From Nymphaea colorata (lineage: Eukaryota), in contig NC_045138.2 of the NCBI RefSeq assembly GCF_008831285.2, positions 20,398,001 to 20,462,000 of the forward strand: a stretch of DNA of 64,000 nucleotides, written 5' to 3'. Within the stretch, counting starts at the first letter, position 1. The number at the start of each line of letters is the position of its first letter. The position numbers and the translations under genes are program-made. Shown piece after piece: positions 41,601 to 53,477 of this stretch. The notes under the pieces are model-generated. The model did no database searches. It was not told the origin of the DNA and was given only the letters and a program-made list of their open reading frames with translations.

Positions 41601-44600
41601 TTAGCCGAGTTGTTGGCTTTAGGTAAGCAGACACACATTGTCAAATATTCAATTTTTTTCCTAGATCACTAAATAGTAAACCTTAGTTTTAGGTTTGCTC
41701 ATCCTCGGATGTAAACTGAACCTAAATAATTATTGTGGACTACATTTAATTTCAGATTTTGGACTAAAATGAAAATGAATCACGTTTCTCACATGAGAAA
41801 TAATACCATTCTTTCTCTTTTGCTTGATAATAGTTATCTCATAACTTATGTGCCAGTACATTCAGTTCTTAACTTCTTAAGTGATTATTGCTTTTTCAGA
41901 TTTGTCTCTTCTGTGGAAGGTTTTTTCCACATATAGGCCAGAACACTGACTTTTAACATTTAAGTAATCCTAATTTCCATTTTCAGTTTTAACACCACCT
42001 CCTCTCTTTCTTTGTGGGAGGGAACGCAATCCTATGATAAACTTTCTTTTTCTTTTTGTGTTCACATTATTGCATTATTGCAATACTAGGAAAAATTATT
42101 GCATAATTGCAATATTTTTCATTAATTGAAAAAGCATATTAATCCTTTGGATTTCTTTTCGAACATTTTAATAACTATTTTCTATTTTTATCAATGTACT
42201 TGCAAGAAATTAGTGGGAAACCGAAAACATTGTAATATTTTCTGTTAGCTTTATACTTTGAAATTTTAAAATCCATAAGATATTCCATGAGATATTCACA
42301 AGAAAATCAAACTTTCTATTTAATACCCAATAGAAACCACATCAATGAAAAACTGAGAAGGATACTTATAAGGGTAATGTCATCCAGCAGAATAGCAAAA
42401 CAGTAATGCAAGAATTCTCAAAGTAAGGAATAGAACCTTTTCGTAAAGCTTAAAACCATTCCCCACAAGATGCCTCGCCACAAAATTAATAAGTGCAGGC
42501 GGCATAAATTCTAACTTCATATCCAGGTTTGCAATTGTTCTGCAGCACAAGATGAAGTTCCTTTACTAAAGAGACCGGAAAAGGGCTACATAAACCACAG
42601 CTTTCTTGGCAGAATGTAAGTTGATTGTTCAGTGTGCCAGCACATGTTCAGATTTTCAGCATGTTAGAAACCTTAGTCATTAGTTGGACTACTCAAAGCT
42701 AAAGTGGTATTTCTGCAGCAACACAGATAGGTGGTGGATGTAGTACAAAAAAGGCCAGCAAGACATAGTCTTCAAACTTGACATCTATTAAGCCCTTCTA
42801 GGCACAAATTCAGCCATTCATTTAGATATACAGCATTATTTATTTAGTATTTTTTATATCTTTCCCCATGAATCATTGATAGGTAGACTAACAAATCCAA
42901 AAAATGGGGTCTGCAGTAACCAGGCTAGTGTAATATCAATTTCACAATAAGCCACCAAAAGATGTGAAGCTACTTGGAAGCCCGCTGAATTAGTTTAGCA
43001 AATGGGCATTAAATCTAATAGTGAGATCCATGGTTTAAGAAACATTTTCAGGTCACAAGATTGATCATGGTGGTTCCATCATCTTACATTGTAAATGACA
43101 ACACATAGAAGAAATGTTTGATGGGGGAATAAAAAGGCAGCCTCATTATTCAGAAGTGAAAAACATCCACAACTTCTCAATAAGGCTTGATAGCAAGCCA
43201 GTGCATTCCATCTCTTAATTTACTGATATCATTTGAAAGTGTACCACTATCAAATCCACATGTTGCATGTAGACCTTGCCAGCTTGAGCTCCAAATGACC
43301 AACTTCACTCTTGACAGTGTCTAGGCTTGATGGCCTGGAAAGTGTAGAACAAAAAAAGGAGAAGACAAGAAGAGGACAGAATAGCTTCTGGCTATTTCCT
43401 TTTGTATAGATTTGACCATGAACTCTTCGGTCACTGCATGAAAATCTATATGACCATATGCAAAACACCTCAAACACAGGCATGAGACACTTCATGTTTT
43501 GCATGTCAGGTATTGAACCATCAGGCTTTACCGGTGTTTCTGCCATTTGAAAGCACCCACCTATATTATTACATGGGCTACTTTTTTGGTCATGGCACAA
43601 TAACTTCCAAAGTGCAGAGGAAGTGGAACTTACCTAAAATAGCTCTTATCTGAGCTTACTTTTTGTAATGCAAAGCCGCCAATCAAATCCATTCGCACAA
43701 CATCTTTTGGCTCCGGAATTCCATCAGAGGTGAAGCCATCGGTGCTCACATTTACGTGGTCCACATCAATCTGATTATGACAGGATTAAAGACTATTATC
43801 TCATGCATAACAAGATTGAAATCCTATCTAGCCAGTCAAAAAAATTCTGGAAAGTTCTAGATTTAAGAATCTTTACCGAATTAAACAGCACAATGACAAG
43901 TCCATCTTCATAGAGTTCTAGCTCAAAAAAGTGCACAATAGCCTCTCTCACTGAAAGCGGCCATGGTACTTTCATCCTTTCTTCCAGTGCAGAAATTTTG
44001 CAGCTTTAGAAGTGAAAACATCCTAAAACCTATAAAAACGTAAAAGGGTGGTAAAACTAACCTCACTAGTGAAATCTGCTCACCAACACGAATTTTCTTC
44101 AAAGATGTAGACAAGAGGACTTTGAATGGTGGAATTACAGCTTGGGGCCACCTGATAAAGAATAGCTTAAAATCATGAGCCGAAATGAGTATTCCAAATC
44201 CATTAATTAGATCATGACAAGCAGTCAACCCCACCAGTCTCCATTTCAAGTATCTGGTCAGTAGACCACACAGAAAGTCGGATATAATGTGGTATGACCT
44301 AGTACACATTTTCGTCTCTGCACTAGAGGTAGAGCTGTAGGAAGATGGAAAACCATGCTATGCTTTCTGTGGTACAAGATAAGAATGGAGATCTCTCATC
44401 AATTTATGTTGCTCAAATCAAACATCTCTGGATTATCCTAGAAACCAAGCAAGTATTATGTGCAGTTAGTCGTCTAATTCTTATCTATTTGCAGATGACA
44501 TTGGCTTCAAATAGCATATCCAAAATGACATAGGATGATGCAAGTTCTTTTTAAGTGGGTTTCATGTAGATCCTGAAACTACTGTGCACATAATTTGTGT

Positions 44601-45509
44601 TTCAGTGATAATGGTTAATCTTGTCATATCTCAGAAGTTCAGCCTCTCAAACTTATGAACACACAAGATGTATAAATTTTTTTAATCAGTCAAAATGTAA
44701 CGGTCAACTGCTTGATTTTGGAAAGAAAGAAAGAAAGATAAAGCATGATAGTTCACTATGATGGCTACTTGGTACAACTTAATCAAAGTATAATAGTTAG
44801 AAGATGAACCAATTCATGCAGCACTGACCTGCTTGGGACCAAGGTTTGACCTCAGGACCTAGCATACATTATGCAAGTAATGGCTAGTAGATAGCCGTCA
44901 TTGTGTTGGTCAGCTTCCAGAGTGTCCCTTGGCAATCAAGATTCAGGTCTGGCCTTATGGAACACCTGATTATCCTCACTACAATTCAGATCCTACAAGG
45001 CATAATTTAAAAGAACCCAAGGGGGATACGACCAACCTGCCCTTACCGGACCCAAATATTTTCCCCTTATTTTGAAGATCTACGTATTTATAATTTTTAT
45101 AGTCAAAACAAGTGGTGAATGCATATAAATATGTATGTATAAAAATGGTCTATCAGAATTCAGGCGTATGCACATTGCCCAAACCTTTTATAGTGATACT
45201 ATGGAAACATATTTCCATGTTTACAACCATGATATTAGGCCACTTCACCAAAAAAATTGTTCACTACTTTTATGATTTTATCTAATAGCATCTATATCAA
45301 GGTGACATAATTACCAATCTGGACATTACACTCAGACTTATCAATATGGATGGGCACCATACTAACAGATTCTTACATGGTGCAGAATATGTCCTCAGCC
45401 ACTTCAATGTCATGACATCCAACCTAAGTCACATAGGTACCAGTATGGGTGCAGATCTGGGTATGAGCACGGCAACTTTAGAAAATCTCGGTACGGGCGT
45501 ATGGTAGGA

Positions 45510-45555
<46 letters not shown>

Positions 45556-48479
45556 GTGTGTGTATGTGTGTAAAATAACACAAAAAATCAAAATGAAAGC
45601 AACATTTAAACAAACAAGTGATATAAATAAAAACATTCATGTTAATGAACAATAACTCTAAAAACAAAATGAAAACTGAGTTGGAAAAAATTAAGTAATG
45701 TAAAATTAAGCAGTCTCGGTCTAAAAGGTACCAAAGTATGTCCAAGTACCCAGTTTGGGTACGGGTACGGTGACACAGGTATGTGGGTACGTAGACCTTC
45801 TCGAAGTACCCACATAACTTAGCATCTAACTAAAATGAAATAACATGCACAAATAGTGTTTTATTTGCTGTTTCACCTCAGGATGAATTTTATCTGTTAG
45901 AGTGCCACTGTGAAACACCAAACAAAATGAACAGACAAGAACCTATACACATTTGCTGAGATTGTGCACTTAGCAGTTATGTATTTGGTTGTCTCACTAA
46001 TAAAGAGTGACTCCCACTTGTAAGATTTACAAACAAAAAACATAATATTCTCACCATTTGGAATAGAGCTCAGACTCCCATGAAACACACAAACCTGGAA
46101 AAGGATAGGAAATTACTAAAGGCAGGAATAACAAGCTATTGCACACAATAAGCCGTTGCTAAATTTTTCCAAGAGAAAAATTAGAAACTGAACTTACAAA
46201 CATCAATAGGACCATTAACATAGCCTTCTGCAAGCAAAGTATGGAAAGGAGTGCCATTTGGAGCTTCCCGATACATCACACGGAGTTGACCATCATCTTT
46301 CTTTAACTACAAGAACATGAAAGTATTCAAGATCCTAAGAACAATAGGAAATACAATAAAAGTGCATGTGCAAAATGGTAAGATTATTAACCACAATTTG
46401 AATGAATTGACTTGGAATCGCAAAGTTATATACGCATGAGTTTGTCACAGTAAAAACAGAGGACCAAGCATTAAGATGGCCCTGAGTTTGTCAAAGTAAA
46501 AACAGAGGACCAGGTCCTACCATACGAATTAGCGGAAAGTAGATGCACCATACAAAATCATTTTTAGCTACTTTTGATTATTATATAGACACTTTTGTTT
46601 ACTTGTGTAGTCTGAATTTTTCACAGCTATAAGCATCTGGTTGCTTTCCAAATGATAATCCAACATAATCCCATAACTTTTACATATCAAAAGGAAAATT
46701 AAGGAAGCCCAAGCAGATTGAGCATGTAGTAAGAATGATTAGCAGCACCATTTTTCCGAGAAAAAATAATTTAACATTATTTTGAATAAAACAATCTTCC
46801 CTAGTAATTTCAAAACTTTAAAATGCTGAAATAAAGATCTACATTATTACTCTATCGATATGTACTTTATGTGTTTGCTTATCAATGTGTTTAAGCATGC
46901 GTGCGTATAGTTGAAGGATTGTTATGATAGCTAAAACCATTCAAGATTAATGTACGCATAGAAATAAAAATCATTAATCTGAAAAAAAAAACATTAAAGA
47001 AATATTTCTTTATTTCTAAACCAACAACTTCAGGAAAAAGTTACAACAGAATTCACCTTCCAATCATTCTGCGACAATGATTGACTCTTGGCAATATCAT
47101 TTTCATTTCCTGGAACACTTCTCAGCATCTGAAGAAAATTCCAGACATCTGCAGTGTGTTTTTCTACAACCTTCTCTGGATCGCCTTCACAATGTCAACA
47201 TCATAAATGAGGTTTAAACTTTAAAGCACAAACAAAGAGCTGAATGCAGCAACTACTTCGGATAATGCACAAGAAAAAACCAGCATAGAAGAAAATTCAC
47301 GGACTGCTGCAAGAGATGGTTTGGGTATGCAGACGTGCCTTGAACATCAATTTAGACATTAGCACCTTACATGTAAGAATCGTTGGCCCGTGTTTTTCAT
47401 GATAAAGAAAACACTCACTCATCGTGTGCCCTTTCTTCTTTGGTAATGGCTCTTAAGCATGATCATTTTCTTCCCATTGCATAAAAGCCGCAAGGGAAAG
47501 AAAGGAGAACAAAGATAAAGCCCACTCTGGTGAAAATCGATGACTAGCTCCTAACACATGTTACGCATCATAAATCTATTGCAAGGCAGCCAAACCCCCT
47601 GACAGGCCTGAAGGCTTTAGCAAATCTTTCGTTTTATCCTCTAGGAGACTCATTAATTTTTCAAAACTCAGACAATCGTAAATTGATGCTTGCTTTCCTT
47701 ATAGAAATGTAACTTTTATTTGGTCTGATCCGACGAGTTTTATTTGCTCCACGAGGATGGGTTATCGGCACCGGTATAGCTTAACATTCATAGATTGCTC
47801 AAGGGACAAGGGAACAGCCGCCTGTTCCGAACCATGGATTTCAGAGACTGTCTCGTTTGATCATGTGCACGGAAAAGGAATGGTGAAACAGCCAATCCCT
47901 TGAATATGATCTGGCGCGAAGCCAGACGCGACTTCTTCTATTTGACATGATCAGTGATGAGAAGTCAAATCGTCGTTTTGGAACAAAAACGTCTATATAA
48001 GATTCAGACCATAATATCATTTTTTTTTCTGCAAATAATCGAGTCCTCGACCAATCATCAGAATCAGAGATTTCCGCATTTACATGCTTCAGCTCTTAAG
48101 AGATATCCTATGATCCCGATTCGGCAAATTCATTTCAGATCGACATGTCGAACGAAAAAAGGATCAAGATAGACAAATCACGCTAGACATGGCGGCGGAT
48201 TCATGGCTCCCCACAACCGAGCTTATGATCGAAAGTCAGATAATTACAGAAGCTACGGACGATTTTGCTCGCACCAATAATCAGGAACACGAATATGAAC
48301 TCAAAAGAAACGGGTGTGAAAGAAGCCATCCACCAACCTTCAAACTGCCCAGAGGAGGAAGACCGGAAAAGTTGACGCTTGACAAGAGCTCTCACCGAGT
48401 CTTTGCTGGTCAGTTTAGGCGATATCAACGTGCTGTCTAATCTCTTCCTGTACTGAAGTACCTTCTCCTTCTTCTCCAT
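38672..48479 (-). CDS. START/SRPBCC-superfamily (polyketide cyclase/lipid transport-like) protein, 11 exons, 525 aa
   Basis: Exons on the minus strand: 48479-48338, 47184-47057, 46306-46198, 46094-46055, 44151-44062, 43976-43877, 43770-43634, 42539-42437, 40445-40027, 39948-39871, 38903-38672; all GT-AG, 1578 nt in frame. Motifs QYRKRLDSTL.SP, WKLKKDD.QLRVMYRE.P.GTPFHTLL.EGY, KVPWPLS.RE, DL.GGFALQKV, PPALINF. Confidence 0.9.
45424..45822. mobile_element. hAT-type MITE in intron 4 of the START gene, with internal (TA)n
   Basis: TIR ctaagtcacataggtac / gtacccacataacttag; TSD catccaac / catctaac (7/8). Confidence 0.8.
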
Positions 48480-51400
48480 CTTGGCACCACCTTCCTCAAT
48501 GCCGCTTCACGTTATTTTGTTTCTTCATCAAAGCGGTACGTCTCCTCTCCTGCCGGAACTTCAACGATGCCGACGAAGAATGGCGAAACGAAAAAGACAA
48601 AGAGTTCGGCCTACGCCTTTCAGACCGTGGACTTGAATGCCGCGATGACCGGCGTTTCCATCATCACCTGACAAGCATGGCAGTTTCGAGAAATAATAAA
48701 AATGTCTACTGTTATTTTCATAAGGACATAAACCTCCCATGGCCTGCACAGGTTATCAAATCACAGTAACAGTAAACGGGTGCCAAACAGCTCTTCTCAT
48801 TTCATTTAACAAGTTGACACAACAACTTATCTAATGCACGAATGTCTCGGCAAAAACTACGATAGCGGAAGGACTTCAGAAAAAACACTCCAATTTTACT
48901 ACTAATCACGAGGTTCCTCTTTAATAGAGTTACTTATACTGTAAATTTTGTTAATAGAAGGAAAATCAGGTAGGTGAAATCATCACCTTCCAGAAACTAA
49001 AACTTATACTATAAAAAATTCCAACCAAGAATGGGAGATCACTGGGAAAACAGGAAACGTGAATTGACTTTTGGCACCATACAGGATGGCCACGCTTAAG
49101 GGATGATCTCTGCCCCCACCTTCAAAAGATGAATGGAAAAAACAAGAGGCACGGGTTCAACAGCACGGTTGGTGGGCATAGGCTTTTTACTGAAAAAATC
49201 AATGGAGCCAAAAGTACTTCGCTACTTATGAAGCCGAACAAATCAATATTGGTTTATGTAGGAACAGGGCAAACTTACCTGTTTCTGGTATGAAAAATGA
49301 GGGATTAACTTCTTGTTGGGGTTCCTTCAATCTCCCTCATACGGCAAAAGAAACTCGTCTCCTTTCATGTCACTGATTACAGACGCCACATGAAAAGGAA
49401 AAGTTCACAAACTCCAGTCTAAGAAAATCTTACACAACCCCTTACCACCTATCAAAGAAAACCAATTAATGCCTTGTGATCAGGGACGTTAACATCGGTG
49501 GGCACCGGTCCTTATCGGCAACCCACGATGCTTTATGTGGGCCGAAATGGCTCCCATAAAAAATCGGCTGGTATGGCCCCTTGCAGCCATTCTCTCATGT
49601 TCATTGCCACAAACCAAACAATTTTCATTTGCTGCGCATCAGCTCATTTACTTTTCGCATTCGAGAAGTACCCACACATATTGTACTAACCAGACTCGAG
49701 CTCAGCAGAAAATCACCGAGGCTCAACACGACTTAAACGAAAAACATTAATAATGACAGCGGCGGTCAGTAATATCTACCACCTATCGATGACTTGAGTA
49801 AATGCCTTTACTTCGTTCTTTCCTTTTCGCGGAGTTATTCATCAGCAATTAATTTAGACTGAATTGAGGGAAGGAAGTAGCAAAGAAGAGACAAAGCATG
49901 TGAAGATGACAGGCAGAAAGAGTCTATCCACTCTTTCCATCCACGCGGTTGGTTCAGAGGAGATGGATAACTGGTGGGTAGGAATCCAATTCCTTGCTGG
50001 ACCAGCTGTTCTAGCATTGAAAAGTAAAAGAAGATGCATTTATGGAAGTTGGTTACGAAAATGAATAAAGCGCCCAACCACCATGAACAGAATAAGCTCT
50101 CAGCTTACTTTCCCACAGGGAAAGAATGAGACAGACTACAAACTTTGAGCTGTTGCTCAAGCTATATGGAGCATAAGCGCGTCAGGTCAGGAAACGAGTT
50201 CTACAGAACTCTCGGATTAAGCGATGTGATCAACAGCTCGGCTCTCGATAAACCTATGGACGCGGTAAATCGAGCTCATCCAGCTTACTTCAAGACCAAA
50301 TAAAGCATTTAATAACAAATCTGTTATGTTTTTTTTCTAGTATCTCTCCCAAATTCTCGAGTTTTTCGGTAACTAGTAGGAAGACCAAGTAGTCGAACAA
50401 GTCTAGCCTTCCTACAGAGAGGGTCAGATTGCCATTCGTTTCACCTTACAAAGGTTGCCTAAACATGAGATGAGAGTTCTTCATCTGTATTGTTATCAAT
50501 AAACAAACAACATTAAGAAGATTAAAACTGATGAGTATTTCATTCTATCTCCCGACTAACATCCAAGCTCTTACCTTTCCCTCATTCCGCCTGATTTTGG
50601 TGCTTCGGGACACGCTTTAACTTGCATATTTCTATCCTTTTTTAGCAGCACAAAGAATTAACACTACTAGAACTGAGAACTGAAAACAAAGATTGGTAGT
50701 CTAGTCTACCAATTAGACATATGATTTATGTTGCTGGGTTACTCTTGTTCTCTAAAGTTATTAGAGGTCCATAAGAAAACCATTATTTCCTTTTGCTTTG
50801 ATGAAGAATGTGCTTTCAAGGGTTGTTTGATTTGACAGCAAAGATACCTAAACAGTATCCAATTCATTGGAGAATTTATGTGCCCAATTGAGTTAATAGG
50901 CGAAGGCTCAAGTTATATTTGGAAGACGCCCTACAAGAAAGACGTTTTGTGAAAACCTAATTTGTAACCAGTTTTTGAAACATAGTTTGCGTGTTTTAGA
51001 TGACTAGATAAGATCGGCGTGAATAACCTGGGTTGTTCACGTTTTTTTTAAAATATCGTTTTGTTAAAATTAAGTTTTCACAAACTCAGTTTTGACCGTT
51101 ACCCGAATACATGTTTTTGCCTCCAAAAATGACGTTCCAAAAAACATTCTCTTGGCTTTGTGGCTGACTGGAACAACAAAAATAGCGTGCCAAAAATGAC
51201 CAGAAAAAAAGATGGCCTTTTCTTCCTCTTTATGTTTTGGCGTGTTTGAGTCATATACAAAAAGGAAGATCTGGCATCAAAAGATGCCAAAAACAAGTAC
51301 TTTGCCAAACCTGGGCTCCCAACATTTAATATAGGAGCAAAGCTGCTTCATTTATTAATATCTAAGTTCTGATCGTCGATTAAATGGGAACCAATTTGGG

Positions 51401-51496
51401 CAAGGAAGCAATGTGCAGACACTTGCAACAAAAAGGGAAAACCTTTTATGTTCTTTCTCCAAACTCTGTCACTTGTGAATGAGATTCACACTGCTC

Positions 51497-51594
51497 TGTT
51501 CCCTGAGATTCACACGGCTGTTGAAGCACGGTGGAGACAGGTGTATGTTCCCTGAGATTCACACGGCTGTTGAAGCAGGGTGGAGACAGGTGTA
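51497..51594. repeat. 49-bp tandem duplication spanning a MITE left end
   Basis: tgttccctgagattcacacggctgttgaagca(c/g)ggtggagacaggtgta at 51497 and 51546. Confidence 0.9.
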
Positions 51595-52294
51595 GGCAAC
51601 TGTCCACATGAAGTTAGGGATGAACAAGGAGTCGAGCTACTACTCGTTAAAGCTCGGCTCATGAACGAGCTCGAGCCGAGTCATTTACTTAACGATTTGA
51701 GCTTCAGTTCACAAGTCAACTCATTCAAATAATCGAGTTGAGTTTGAGCTCAACATGTAACTGTCGAGTCGAGCTCAAGCCTTAATCGAGTTTGTCGAGT
51801 CTTAATCAAGTCGATATATTGAAACGAGTTTCGAGTTTGTCGAGCCTTAATCAAGTCGATATATTGAAACGAGTTTCCGAGTTTGTCAAGCCTTAATCGA
51901 GTCGAGCTCGAGCTCAACACATAACCATGAATATCTATTATATTCAAACAAGTTTGTCGAGCCTTAATCGAGTCGAGCTTGAGGTCAACATGTAACGATG
52001 AATATCAATTCTATTCAAACGAGTTTGTCGAGCTTTAATCGAGTCGAGCTACTTCCGTCAAGCTATTCTCGAGCTTGTGCCGAGTCGAGCTCAAAATTTC
52101 ATTAATCGAGCCGAGCTAGAGCTAACTGAACTCGGGCTCGACTTTACTCGTGTTCATCCTTACATGAAGCTACCAAAAAAAAATATTGGTATTTAGGATA
52201 ATTTTTCTTATTTACATATTGATGCTCCTTAAAAATTTAAAATTTATACTAGTGTCTCGTACCTCTTAGATAAAAACTTATGGCTCTGCTCCTG
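51576..52294. mobile_element. Host MITE (CAGGG..GGAG termini) carrying a nested insertion
   Basis: Termini cagggtggagac / ggctctgctcctg; flanks tgttgaag / ggtggaag (6/8). Confidence 0.55.
51615..52162. mobile_element. hAT-type MITE with many TCGAG/GAGCTC repeats
   Basis: TIR tagggatgaaca / tgttcatcctta (Ac/Ds-like TAGGGATG terminus); TSD catgaagt / catgaagc (7/8). Confidence 0.85.
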
Positions 52295-53228
52295 GGTGGA
52301 AGAATTATAAGCCAATTTAATTTTAAACCATGTCTAAATAAGATTTGATGGTAAAAAGATATACAACTATACAACTTTTTATGCCATATTTCTACATGGA
52401 CATGAAATCTTGACAGCATAGTTTTGAAAGAATTGAAACTTCCTTCGTTATTTTCTCTTCCTCAAAAGAGATTTGATGAGAAAGATAGAGAGACTTGTTT
52501 ATATATTAATTTGAAAAACAGTAATTTTATGATTTTAGAAATAATAAGAATGAGAAATATGTTTCAACTTCTAGGAACAACTAAGTAATACGTAAAATAA
52601 GTATCGAACTTTTAAAGTTGACAATAAATATTTGTAACAGCCTCGAATGAAATTACTTTATGCTCTTAGGATTTTATCAGTAAAAATATTAAGGTCAATA
52701 AAAATTAAAAGAAATTGATAATGTAAAAGTGAAAATCGTAGATATAAAGACTATAAAAACAGAAAAATTGTTAGGAAGTTACTTTATGTTTTCCTGGTTT
52801 ATCTTTAAAAATATTAAGATAAAAAAATATTAAAAGAAATTGATACTTTAATGTAAATTGCAGATAAAAAAACGTAAACAGAAAAATAGTACACAAAATG
52901 GCATAAAAATGGTACCCACAAATAACACATACAAACATTTATTTTCTACATTGCCACAATGGAAGGCGCTTTCCGTGCTAAGTGGTTAACATGGGAAGAC
53001 ATTTTCCCTACGTTTTACCACAAGGGCATTTTGGTCATTTTGAATTCATACCACCTATAACCTGCTCCGTCATAAATTATTTTTGCTTTAATTTATTCAT
53101 TTTTAATTTTTAAGATGTAACGGAGAAAGATACGAAATACTTGAAGGGTTCTTCTTCACTTACACGTAGTGGTTCAAACATTGACTGTTAAGGTCTTAAA
53201 TGGTTATTTAAGAGTAGGAACACTGTGT

Positions 53229-53477
53229 TAAGCCTGCCCATTGGGTCAAGACCTGCCTGCTTAAATTTAAAAAAATATTTTAAATATAAAATAATATATA
53301 AATATAATTAATTATAATAAAATATTGAAATATACAAAAAATTAAAAAAATAAATTATCTGACTTAAATCGAGTTTATCGGGCCCACCCGAGCTCTTTCA
53401 ATAACAAGCCGGGCTGGCCCGGGTACCCCGAGTCGGTACCGGGTACCTGCGGTGGCCTGACCCGGTGCCCAGCCTTA
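53229..53477. mobile_element. hAT-type MITE (GGCCC family, reverse orientation)
   Basis: Right end ggtaccgggtacctgcggtggcctgacccggtgcccagcctta closely resembles the reverse complement of the left end of the 26506 element. Confidence 0.6.

Noticed and set aside
49956..49967. CATCTCCTCTGA on the minus strand resembling part of U6atac
   Set aside because: Flanking U6atac sequence and an upstream USE/TATA are absent.
50246..50266. Partial match to miR162 (TCGATAAACCT...)
   Set aside because: About 5 mismatches and no miRNA* arm nearby.
51780..52050. Regularly spaced repeats superficially like a CRISPR array
   Set aside because: Eukaryotic context; these are internal tandem repeats of a TIR/TSD-bounded hAT MITE without unique spacers.
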